Below are positions 41,724 to 50,775 of a DNA stretch of 64,000 nucleotides, piece by piece. The stretch's first letter is position 1. Each line of letters opens with the position of its first letter. Position numbers and translations under genes: made by a program. Origin of the DNA: Pseudomonadota bacterium (GTDB taxonomy: Bacteria; Desulfobacterota; Desulfobacteria; Desulfobacterales; JAFDDL01). Under the pieces are notes generated by a model that saw nothing but the letters and a program-made list of their open reading frames with translations, did no database searches and was not told the origin of the DNA. The stretch is from NCBI GenBank assembly GCA_043797445.1, contig JAZDPP010000187.1, positions 7,228 through 71,227 of the forward strand. Direction: 5' to 3'.

Positions 41724-42790
41724 CCAACGCATTTTGGGCCAATAAACGGGTCCTTATCACCGGTCATACCGGGTTCAAGGGATCGTGGCTTTCCTTGTGG
41801 CTCCAGCTGTTAGGTGCTGATGTCACGGGCTACTCCCTGCCCCCCCCCACGGTTCCGAGTCTTTACGAACTGAGTCAAGCAAAAGAGGGTATGATTTCCA
41901 TAGAAGGAGATATCCGGGACTTTAGTCGCATCAAAGAATCGATTGAGATTTATCAACCTGAGATTGTCATCCACATGGCGGCCCAGTCACTTGTACGGCC
42001 AGGCTATCAGGACCCCCTGGGAACCTTTTCTACCAACATTATGGGCACGGTTCACCTGCTGGAGGCAGTTCGACAAGCCGACGGAGTGCGCGCAATAATA
42101 AATGTCACCAGTGACAAGTGTTATCAAAACAACGACAGCATCCTGGGCCATATCGAAACGGATGCCCTTGGCGGTTTTGACCCTTACTCGAGCAGCAAGG
42201 GATGCGCCGAGTTAATTACGGCCAGCTATAGAAACTCATTTTTTGAAGCAGGGCAATTAAATCTCCACGGCGTTGCGTTGGCATCCGTCCGAGCCGGGAA
42301 TGTAATCGGTGGAGGAGATTGGGCCAAAGATCGCCTTATTCCGGATATCATGAGAGCGCTCCTTGAAAAGCAGGAAATACGTATCCGGTATCCGGAAGCC
42401 ATTCGGCCCTGGCAGCATGTACTGGAACCGCTTAGCGGATACCTGATCCTTGCTGAAAAGCTTTATCAGGTAGGTCCGGGCTATGCGGAGGCCTGGAACT
42501 TTGGCCCCGACGGTCATGAAAATAGATCCGTATCATGGGTAGCGAAATATATCACTCAATTATGGGGCGGGGAAACCTGCTTGAAGTTAGAGGACATGAA
42601 TCAACCCCATGAAACACGCTGCTTGAAACTCGATAGCTCGAAGGCAAAAAACAGATTGGGATGGGCGCCCCGACTCACAATTGAAGAGGCTTTGAAGTGG
42701 ACGGTTGCCTGGTACAAGGCATATCAAAGAGATCCCGCCACGATAGCTGAGATAACAAGGGCACAAATTAAAGATTACAGCGGGCTATGA
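41717..42790 (+). CDS. rfbG: CDP-glucose 4,6-dehydratase
   Basis: FWANKRVLITGHTGFKGSWLSLWL, YSSSKGCAEL and RAGNVIGGGDW motifs. The start overlaps the rfbF stop. Confidence 0.92.
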   Translation: MVTNAFWANKRVLITGHTGFKGSWLSLWLQLLGADVTGYSLPPPTVPSLYELSQAKEGMISIEGDIRDFSRIKESIEIYQPEIVIHMAAQSLVRPGYQDPLGTFSTNIMGTVHLLEAVRQADGVRAIINVTSDKCYQNNDSILGHIETDALGGFDPYSSSKGCAELITASYRNSFFEAGQLNLHGVALASVRAGNVIGGGDWAKDRLIPDIMRALLEKQEIRIRYPEAIRPWQHVLEPLSGYLILAEKLYQVGPGYAEAWNFGPDGHENRSVSWVAKYITQLWGGETCLKLEDMNQPHETRCLKLDSSKAKNRLGWAPRLTIEEALKWTVAWYKAYQRDPATIAEITRAQIKDYSGL

Positions 42791-42794
42791 GAAC

Positions 42795-44030
42795 ATGAAC
42801 AATAGAATCTGTCGCTTTTGCAGTCACCCTTTGACAAGTCGCTTTGTTGATCTTGGCATGTCCCCCCTGTCTAATTCGTACCTGAAAGCGGAAGACCTGC
42901 ATCGAGTTGAGTCTTTTTATCCGTTACGGGTCTTTGTTTGCGAAACCTGTTTTCTTGTTCAAATAGAAACGAGCGAAAGCCCTGAGCATATTTTTAACGA
43001 GTACGCCTATTTTTCCTCTTATTCCGATACCTGGTTGCAACATGCCAGAGAATACACAGAGAATATGGTTTCTCGGCTGGGGCTGAATTCAAACACAGCC
43101 GTTATTGAAATCGCCAGCAATGACGGTTATCTCCTGCAATATTTTCAAGCAAAAGGGATTCCGGTCCTCGGGATTGAACCGGCCGCCAATGTGGCGGAAA
43201 CTGCGATAAAGAAGGGGATTCCGACGCTGGTTCGTTTCTTTGGTAGAAATCTGGCAGAAGAATTGATCAACCAGGGACGGCAAGCCGATCTCATAGTGGG
43301 AAATAATGTTCTGGCACATGTGCCCGGTTTGAATGACTTCGTTGCCGGAATGAAACTCCTGCTCAAGCCTCGCGGCGTAATTACCATGGAATTTCCCCAT
43401 TTGATGTGTTTAATGGCTCAAAACCAATTTGACACCATTTACCATGAACATATTTTCTATTTTTCATTTCTTACGGCTGAAACCCTGTTTGCCAAACACG
43501 GTTTCATATTGTTTGACGTGGAAACCTTGAAGACGCATGGCGGATCCTTGCGTATCTATGCGCGACACATTGAAGACAACAGCATAAAAGCGACATCCCG
43601 CATAAATGACCTAAGAGAAAAGGAAACCCAATTTGGTTTGGATAGCCTCGAAACCTATATGGATTTTGAAGAAAGAGTAAAAGAAATTAAGCTGAATCTC
43701 CTGGAATTTGTGATTCATGCGAAACGGGAGGGGAAAAACATAGTTGGCTATGGTGCTCCGGCGAAAGGCAACACGCTGCTAAATTATTGTGGTATCGGAA
43801 CCGATTTCATTGATTATACGGTCGATTTAAACCCTCATAAACAGCGTCTCTACCTTCCTGGAACCCATATCCCGATTTATCACCCGGAAAAGATCAAGGA
43901 AACGATGCCGGATTACCTTTTAATTCTACCATGGAACATTAAGGGTGAAATCATGACTCAAATGGATTTTATTCGCAAATGGGGCGGGAAATTTGTTGTG
44001 CCGATTCCAAAGCCTAAGGTGATACCATGA
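42795..44030 (+). CDS. NDP-hexose C-methyltransferase (TylCIII/Methyltransf_13-14 type)
   Basis: N-terminal Zn-ribbon CRFCSHPLTSRFVDLGMSPLSNSY...VCETCFLVQ, followed by a SAM-MT core and the C-terminal C-methyltransferase domain. Confidence 0.8.
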   Translation: MNNRICRFCSHPLTSRFVDLGMSPLSNSYLKAEDLHRVESFYPLRVFVCETCFLVQIETSESPEHIFNEYAYFSSYSDTWLQHAREYTENMVSRLGLNSNTAVIEIASNDGYLLQYFQAKGIPVLGIEPAANVAETAIKKGIPTLVRFFGRNLAEELINQGRQADLIVGNNVLAHVPGLNDFVAGMKLLLKPRGVITMEFPHLMCLMAQNQFDTIYHEHIFYFSFLTAETLFAKHGFILFDVETLKTHGGSLRIYARHIEDNSIKATSRINDLREKETQFGLDSLETYMDFEERVKEIKLNLLEFVIHAKREGKNIVGYGAPAKGNTLLNYCGIGTDFIDYTVDLNPHKQRLYLPGTHIPIYHPEKIKETMPDYLLILPWNIKGEIMTQMDFIRKWGGKFVVPIPKPKVIP

Positions 44031-44578
44031 GGTTTACGGAAACTCGCCTTAAGGGTGCATATCTTATTGAAATTGAACCAATTGAAGATGAACGGGGCTT
44101 CTTCGCTCGAAATTGGTGCCAAAAAGAATTTGCCGCGCATCGATTAAACGCCTCCTTTGTTCAATGCAATTTCTCTTATAATAAAAAAATTGGGACGTTA
44201 CGAGGAATGCATTACCAACGGGGACCGCATGCCGAAATAAAACTGGTAAGCTGTACTGCGGGAGCCATTTATGATGTAATCATTGACTTGCGACAAGAGT
44301 CGTCCACTTTCAGGCAATGGATCGGAGAAGAACTAACCGCTCAAAACCATAAAATGGTCTATATTCCCGAAGGCTTTGCTCATGGTTTTCAAACTCTGAC
44401 GGATCATTGTACTCTACTCTATCTTCATACCGGGTTTTACCAGTCCGATCGTGAGGGACGTATACGATATAATGATCCCGTAATCGGCATTTCGTGGCCG
44501 ATAGAAGTTACCTGTATTTCTGAAAAAGATCTATACCCCCCTTTGCTGTCAGAGAGATTTAAAGGCTTGCTAATATAA
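44027..44578 (+). CDS. RmlC-like NDP-4-keto-6-deoxyhexose 3,5-epimerase (cupin)
   Basis: DERGFFARNW...LRGMHYQ...KLVSCTAGAIYDVIIDLR...VYIPEGFAHGFQTL. Confidence 0.85.
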   Translation: MRFTETRLKGAYLIEIEPIEDERGFFARNWCQKEFAAHRLNASFVQCNFSYNKKIGTLRGMHYQRGPHAEIKLVSCTAGAIYDVIIDLRQESSTFRQWIGEELTAQNHKMVYIPEGFAHGFQTLTDHCTLLYLHTGFYQSDREGRIRYNDPVIGISWPIEVTCISEKDLYPPLLSERFKGLLI

Positions 44579-44617
44579 CGGTAAATTTATTTCGAGCATG
44601 GAGGATATCTCCTTCAA

Positions 44618-45727
44618 ATGGAAAAAACATATTACACAAAGCCCTCAATTACAGAATTAGAAGTAAAATACGCCGTCGATGCGGCAACAAATGGCTGGGG
44701 CGAATCATGCTATGACTATATTTATCGCTTTGAAGATTCATTTAAAAAATACCTCGGGATCAAACATGCCATCGCAACTTCAAGCTGTACGGGTGCATTG
44801 CACATGGGACTCAATGCCATCGGGATAAAACCTGGTGATGAGGTAATACTTGCAGACATTAATTGGATTGCTTCCGCCGCTCCGATTGTCTATTTAGGTG
44901 CAAAGCCGATTTTTGTCGATATTCTGCCGAGTACCTGGTGCATTGATCCGGAAAAAGCCGAAAGCGCCATAACGCGAAACACCAAAGCTATTATCGCCGT
45001 TCATCTATATGGCAATCTCTGCGACATGAAGGCTCTGCTTGCCATTGGAAAACGCCACGGTATTCCCATTATCGAAGATGCTGCCGAGGCTATAGGTTCC
45101 ATATATCATGGTAACCATGCGGGCATTTTAGGCACTTTTGGCACCTTTTCTTTTCATGGCACAAAGACAGTGACGACCGGCGAGGGCGGTATGTTTGTTA
45201 CTCAGGATGATGCGCTGTATGAAAAAGTTCTCACCCTAAGCAATCATGGCCGCGCTTCTGGACATACCAAACAATTTTGGCCGAACATAATAGGATTCAA
45301 ATACAAAATGTCCAATTTGCAAGCAGCCATTGGTTGCGCACAGATGGAACGTATCGATAACCTTATTGCCCGTAAACGGGAAATTTTTTCTTACTATGCT
45401 CAGCACCTTGGCAATTTGCCGCTGACGGTGAATCCCGAATTTGCAGGGACTACCAATGGCTTTTGGATGCCGAGCTTTGTTGTAAACAAAGGAGTTCCCT
45501 TTAATCGATATGCTTTGCTTGATGAATTCAAAAGAAACAATATAGATGGACGCGTGTTCTTCTGGCCCTTAAGTATACTGCCGATGTTTAAGGAAAGACC
45601 GGAAAATGTGATAAGCTACGGACTATATGATCGAGCGGTTAATCTACCCTCTTACCATGATCTCACCGAGTCCGAAATGAATCGAGTCATTAACATAGTA
45701 AAAAGGATCTTCCGTCATGAAGGGTAA
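44618..45727 (+). CDS. DegT/DnrJ/EryC1-family PLP-dependent sugar aminotransferase
   Basis: ATSSCTGALHMGL, IIEDAAEAIGS and SFHGTKTVTTGEGG (catalytic Lys present). Confidence 0.88.
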   Translation: MEKTYYTKPSITELEVKYAVDAATNGWGESCYDYIYRFEDSFKKYLGIKHAIATSSCTGALHMGLNAIGIKPGDEVILADINWIASAAPIVYLGAKPIFVDILPSTWCIDPEKAESAITRNTKAIIAVHLYGNLCDMKALLAIGKRHGIPIIEDAAEAIGSIYHGNHAGILGTFGTFSFHGTKTVTTGEGGMFVTQDDALYEKVLTLSNHGRASGHTKQFWPNIIGFKYKMSNLQAAIGCAQMERIDNLIARKREIFSYYAQHLGNLPLTVNPEFAGTTNGFWMPSFVVNKGVPFNRYALLDEFKRNNIDGRVFFWPLSILPMFKERPENVISYGLYDRAVNLPSYHDLTESEMNRVINIVKRIFRHEG

Positions 45728-46751
45728 ACGAAATCTTCAAGTGATGATTGCCGGCATCGGTGGCGCCTCACTGGGAAGTGAACTTCTTAAATGCTTACTG
45801 CTTGCGGGGCGATATCATGTTTTTGGATGTGATATTTCGCCAACAGCCTATGGCCTTTATGATTCCGGTTTCGACCGCACTTTTCTTGTTGATAGAAATG
45901 GTTATGTTGGCTCGGTAATTAAAGCTTGCCATGATGCGGGTGCACGCTGGCTTATTCCCGGCGGCGAACAACCAATGGTGTTGCTTGGCGAGGCAAATGA
46001 TTTGCTTGAAAAGGCCGGGATCACCCTGGTAGCGAATCGTCCGGAGATAATTCGAACCTTTTCAGATAAGATAGCAACCTTCAACTGTCTGAGAAAAATA
46101 GGGATTTCATTACCGGAAACTGTGGCTGTGTTTTCAATAGCCGACCTGAATCGAATTCGCATGCCATGCGTTGTCAAACCCTCTACCAATTCTGGTGGCA
46201 GTGCCATGGTTTTCTTCGCGGTTGATTATCAGGAAGCGATGATCTACGCGGACTTTATTCAACGCTCGGGAAGTTGCCCGTTAGCTCAAGAATACATCCC
46301 ACCCGACGACGGTGAGTTTACCGTTGGTGTTCTTTCACTTCCAAACAGTGAAATCGTAGGATCTATCGCGTTGCACCGCGCTCTTGACGCAAAGCTGTCC
46401 CTAATGTTTCGCGGGCGAGGTGGGCTGCTGTCCAGCGGCTATTCACAAGGCTATATAGGCGATTTCCCAGCAATTCAGGAACGAGCTGAAACCATCGCCC
46501 ACGCAGTGGGCAGTTGTGGCGCACTGAACATTCAGGGACGTGTATGCAACGGCGAATTCGTTCCATTTGAGATTAATCCCCGTTTTTCCGCATCCGCCTA
46601 CTTGCGGGCCATGGCAGGCTTCAACGAGCCAGACATTTTATTACAACACCTTGCATTTAATGAAACGGTACCGTCCCCCCCCCTGCGTGAGGGGTGGTAC
46701 CTGCGAAGTCTTACTGAACGCTATGTGCCCACCGAGGAGATCCGATCATGA
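45717..46751 (+). CDS. ATP-grasp domain enzyme (probable sugar-amine acyl/aminoacyl ligase)
   Basis: CVVKPSTNSGGSAMVFF...AQEYIP...EFTVGVL...NIQGRVCNGEFVPFEINPRFS resembles the ATP-grasp core. Overlaps both neighbouring genes. Confidence 0.7.
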   Translation: MKGKRNLQVMIAGIGGASLGSELLKCLLLAGRYHVFGCDISPTAYGLYDSGFDRTFLVDRNGYVGSVIKACHDAGARWLIPGGEQPMVLLGEANDLLEKAGITLVANRPEIIRTFSDKIATFNCLRKIGISLPETVAVFSIADLNRIRMPCVVKPSTNSGGSAMVFFAVDYQEAMIYADFIQRSGSCPLAQEYIPPDDGEFTVGVLSLPNSEIVGSIALHRALDAKLSLMFRGRGGLLSSGYSQGYIGDFPAIQERAETIAHAVGSCGALNIQGRVCNGEFVPFEINPRFSASAYLRAMAGFNEPDILLQHLAFNETVPSPPLREGWYLRSLTERYVPTEEIRS

Positions 46752-47983
46752 TTCTCTGGATCACCGAAAAACTTGGAACAGGTCCTGCGTCCGATCCATC
46801 CATAACGGATAGCATGGTCGTACTGGATGTTCGTGACCTTGTTGATAAGTTCGGCAATTCAGCAGCCGCCACTTTGCAGCTAATCGAGCAAGGGATTAAC
46901 CAGTTGAAACTGGGAAAAAAGGTTGTTGTCTGTTGTGACTACGGCCTATCCAGAAGCAACGCCATAGCGGCTGGAATTCTTTCCCGCTATAAGGGCATCT
47001 CATTAGACCAGGCAATAAAGGAGATCATTCATTCTATCGGCGCTCAAGATATCAAGTTAGAACCGCTTCGGTCCGTCCGAGCTGCCTTGCAAGATGGGAT
47101 TGAAAGCCTTTCGGAGAATGAGCTGCGGGTTTTGCTGACGGGTGGAACGGGGTTCATAGGGCAAACGTTGTTGCCAGTGCTATCAAAGCGCCATTATACA
47201 TTCGCGCCATCGCGAAATGAGATGGATATAGCAGCCAGTGCCATGGCACTCGATTTGATAGTAAAAGAAAAGCGGATTAATTGTATTATCCATTTAGCGA
47301 ACCCTCGCGTATACACCTCCAATCCAGCTATTGGCGAAACGTTGATATTGTTGCGCAATGTTCTTGATGTGTGCAGAGAGAATAGCATTCGGCTGATATA
47401 TCCTTCCAGCTGGGAAGTGTACTCAGCCTATCGAACACCCGAGCTTATCGCAAATGAAAGCCTTCCGCTGTTACCGAAAGGACCATATGGAGAAACCAAA
47501 ATGCTATGTGAAAATCTTATAACACACCATTGCCGGTTATATGGCCTTAAATGTGGACTTCTCAGATCATCACCCCTATATGGCAAAGCCAGTGACCGAC
47601 CGAAGTTCATCTATAATTTTATTAATAAAGCAAGAAATAACGAGCATATCAAAACGCATCGTTATCTCAATGGCGATCCGAAACTTGATTTGCTTCATGT
47701 AGACGATTTTGTTTCCGCAGTAGTAGCTGCAGTTGAAACAAATTTTATGGGTGTTTTGAATATCGGCGCCGGACTGGCGATCAGTACCCGGGAAGTCGCG
47801 GAATGGATTGTGAACAGAACGAATTCCAAAAGTACCGTTGATTTTCAACTTATTGAAGATTACGCTTCCAATATAACAATGGACATCACGTCAGCACACA
47901 AGACCCTCGCGTGGCAACCCACAGTATCGTGGAAAGCCGGAATAGGCCAATTACTCGAAAACGCCGCGAATCGATTAGTATAA
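46748..47983 (+). CDS. Fusion: dual-specificity-phosphatase-like CX5R domain plus NAD-dependent SDR epimerase/reductase
   Basis: N-terminal VVVCCDYGLSRSNAIAAGILSRYKGISLDQAIKEI fits the (H)C-x2-G-x-S-R-S...A-Y-L pattern. C-terminal VLLTGGTGFIGQTL Rossmann fold and PYGETK (YxxxK). Confidence 0.7.
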   Translation: MILWITEKLGTGPASDPSITDSMVVLDVRDLVDKFGNSAAATLQLIEQGINQLKLGKKVVVCCDYGLSRSNAIAAGILSRYKGISLDQAIKEIIHSIGAQDIKLEPLRSVRAALQDGIESLSENELRVLLTGGTGFIGQTLLPVLSKRHYTFAPSRNEMDIAASAMALDLIVKEKRINCIIHLANPRVYTSNPAIGETLILLRNVLDVCRENSIRLIYPSSWEVYSAYRTPELIANESLPLLPKGPYGETKMLCENLITHHCRLYGLKCGLLRSSPLYGKASDRPKFIYNFINKARNNEHIKTHRYLNGDPKLDLLHVDDFVSAVVAAVETNFMGVLNIGAGLAISTREVAEWIVNRTNSKSTVDFQLIEDYASNITMDITSAHKTLAWQPTVSWKAGIGQLLENAANRLV

Positions 47984-48020
47984 AATAGAGGATTATTCTA
48001 AAAGCGGTAGGAGGTCAAAT

Positions 48021-49808
48021 ATGCGGAAAGCGGCGTTTCATAGGTCAATTCAAAAAGTATTACTAATTAACCCCTTTAATACCATATGCGCATACAATCC
48101 AGAAGACATACTATCGAAGGGAGTTGAACTTCATCCCCCTCTCGGTTTGAGCTATATCTCTTCGTATTTTAGAGAAAATAATCCCGATATAAAAATTGAC
48201 ATTTTTGACGCCCACGGTATGGCGATTAAAATATGTTTAAAGGAGAAAATGGTTTGTATGCCTGCGTTGTGGCAAAAGCTAAAAGAAGAAATTGCAGATT
48301 ACGGACCAGATATAATCGGCATTTCGTGCTTGTTCCATACAACTGCAGCGTCAGCTCATAAAACTGCATCAATTGCAAAGTCAATTGACCCAACTAGTTA
48401 TACCGCAATTGGGGGGAATTACGCTCACACATGCTATAATGAGGTACTGAAAGATCCTTATATCGATTTTGTTGTGTTTTCCGAGGGAGAGCTCACTTTT
48501 TCAAATTTGGTTAATGGAATTAATCAAAAAGCCGACCTACAAACGATAAAGGGGATCGCCTTCAGAACTGAAATGGCAAATATTGTGAAAACAGATAGTC
48601 AAAATTTGATTCCGGACATAGACAATATACCCGAATGCGATCGCTCAAGTTTTGATATTGATTTTTATTCCAGACAAGGTCGCTATTTTACTTCCAGATT
48701 TTTAGACCGTGATTCGACCCGAATAACTACACTTGTAGCTTCTAGAGGGTGCCCGCACCAGTGCACTTTCTGTTCAGCACGGCTTTTGTGGGGAGGAAAG
48801 ATCCGATATCGGAATCCTTCCATTGTTGTCGACGAAATGTTACATTTGAGGGATCAATTTGGAATTAATACCTTTTATTTCGTCGATGACAACATGTTCG
48901 CAATTGGGCGAAATATTATTGCATTGGCAGACGAAATCCGTAAAAGAATTCCCGGCATAATTTGGGTGAGTCTCGGTGGTATGCAGATATCGGCTCTCAA
49001 AACGGAAGTGGTTCAGTCTGTTTATGAAAGCGGATGCAAATATTTCATTCTTCCGATAGAATCAGGAAATCCCCAAACTCTTAAAATAATTCAGAAACCT
49101 CATACAGTAGAAATGGCAGGGAAAGCCATAGAAACTATTAGAAAATTTAAAGATACTTGGATCGCAGCTAACATTATTACAGGATTTCCATTTGAGTCAA
49201 AAGCAGACATATCAAACACTCTTGATTATGCTAAAACACTTGATTTAGATTGGGTATACTTTTTCGGATATACACCATTGCCTGAAACGCAGATGTACAA
49301 AGACTGCTTGAATGCGGGGTGGATTCAAAAATTTACCTGGCATTCCGACAATCCAGGATCACTTTCTGCTTTAAACACGCCGAATTTCGACTCGAATTAT
49401 ATCGCTGAACAAAATTATGCGGCAAATTTAGATCACAATTTCTTGAAGAACCGAAACATACGATTACGGCCAATTCAGGCGATCAGAGATTTTCAATACG
49501 TATTGGCAACAACCAAAAATCATGCATTAGCAATGTGGGGAATCGGTAGTTCGTATCAGGAAATAAAAGCATATAAGGAATCGGAAAAATGGTTTTTGAG
49601 GGCTTTGAATATTATTGAATCTGAAAATGGTGCATACAAAGCAGATGATAATGCGGATGATTCCACAGGAAGGAGTATCAGCAAAAGCTTTTTTGTGGTG
49701 AAAAAGACAAAATATCTCCAATATTTCCAAAATGCCGGGATCGATCTACTTAAGTGTATAGAGAAAGTCCGCCAAAAAGCTGATCATTCACAAACAGTTT
49801 TGAATTAA
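48021..49808 (+). CDS. B12-binding-domain radical SAM enzyme with C-terminal TPR-like tail
   Basis: N-terminal cobalamin-binding-like region, radical SAM CPHQCTFCS (CX3CX2C), and a C-terminal helical WGIGSSYQEIKAYKESEKWFLRAL. Confidence 0.8.
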   Translation: MRKAAFHRSIQKVLLINPFNTICAYNPEDILSKGVELHPPLGLSYISSYFRENNPDIKIDIFDAHGMAIKICLKEKMVCMPALWQKLKEEIADYGPDIIGISCLFHTTAASAHKTASIAKSIDPTSYTAIGGNYAHTCYNEVLKDPYIDFVVFSEGELTFSNLVNGINQKADLQTIKGIAFRTEMANIVKTDSQNLIPDIDNIPECDRSSFDIDFYSRQGRYFTSRFLDRDSTRITTLVASRGCPHQCTFCSARLLWGGKIRYRNPSIVVDEMLHLRDQFGINTFYFVDDNMFAIGRNIIALADEIRKRIPGIIWVSLGGMQISALKTEVVQSVYESGCKYFILPIESGNPQTLKIIQKPHTVEMAGKAIETIRKFKDTWIAANIITGFPFESKADISNTLDYAKTLDLDWVYFFGYTPLPETQMYKDCLNAGWIQKFTWHSDNPGSLSALNTPNFDSNYIAEQNYAANLDHNFLKNRNIRLRPIQAIRDFQYVLATTKNHALAMWGIGSSYQEIKAYKESEKWFLRALNIIESENGAYKADDNADDSTGRSISKSFFVVKKTKYLQYFQNAGIDLLKCIEKVRQKADHSQTVLN

Positions 49809-49847
49809 GCGCATTTAATTAATCTATTTCATTGTAAGGAGTATATT

Positions 49848-50699
49848 ATGAGCGATCCCGCCTCCGAGTTTTGTCTTGAGGTTGAAAGCAATATAACGCG
49901 GCTAGGCCAGGATTATTCACTAAGACAATTAACCTTGTCCTGGATGAAGGCAACAAATCGGTATAAGTATACATACAATTTTTCTTGTATGGGCAGACCG
50001 ATTATTCAATGTCCTCAGGACATGATCGAAATACAGGAACTGATTTGGCGAATAAAACCTGATCTAATAATTGAAACCGGCATTGCACATGGTGGGTCAC
50101 TCATTATGAGCGCTTCGATGTTGGCATTAATAGACTATTCCGATGCGATTGAATCAAGGAAAATCCTCGATCCGAGAATAACGTGCCGTCGTGTGATAGG
50201 AATTGACATTGACATTCGTGAACACAACCGGGCTGCCATTGAGGCGCATCCGATGTCTCACAGAATTGATATGATTCAGGGATCATCTATTGCCCCAGAG
50301 ATTATCGCACGTGTGCACGAATTAGCCAGAGGGTATGAACGGGTAATGGTCTGTCTGGATTCGAACCACACGCATGAGCATGTATTGGCCGAACTCGAAG
50401 CTTATGCACCGCTGACCAGCAAAGGAAGCTATTGTGTTGTGTTCGATACTTTAATTGAAGACTTGCCTGAGGGATCTTTTCCAGAGCGCCCCTGGGACAA
50501 GGGCAATAACCCTAAAACTGCCGTTTGGGAATACCTGCGGCGCCTAAAAGAGGAGGGACGCAAAGCATCCGATGGAACTTCGCTTTTTTACGAGATCGAC
50601 ATGTTAATAGCGAACAAGCTTCTTATCACCGTTGCACCGGATGGTTATTTAAGGCGAATCGACCAGCCTCTTGTTCAACTCCAAAAACATCTGACTTAA
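49848..50699 (+). CDS. CmcI/cephalosporin-hydroxylase-family SAM methyltransferase
   Basis: MGRPIIQCPQDMIEIQELIWRIKPDLIIETGIAHGGSLIMSASML is characteristic of the CmcI family. Confidence 0.8.
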   Translation: MSDPASEFCLEVESNITRLGQDYSLRQLTLSWMKATNRYKYTYNFSCMGRPIIQCPQDMIEIQELIWRIKPDLIIETGIAHGGSLIMSASMLALIDYSDAIESRKILDPRITCRRVIGIDIDIREHNRAAIEAHPMSHRIDMIQGSSIAPEIIARVHELARGYERVMVCLDSNHTHEHVLAELEAYAPLTSKGSYCVVFDTLIEDLPEGSFPERPWDKGNNPKTAVWEYLRRLKEEGRKASDGTSLFYEIDMLIANKLLITVAPDGYLRRIDQPLVQLQKHLT

Positions 50700-50775
50700 A
50701 ATAGCTTAAGGCTGACCCGCTTCTTGAAGTATATAGTTGGGATTAGTTACCGCTATTTTTTGATATGCATGCAGC

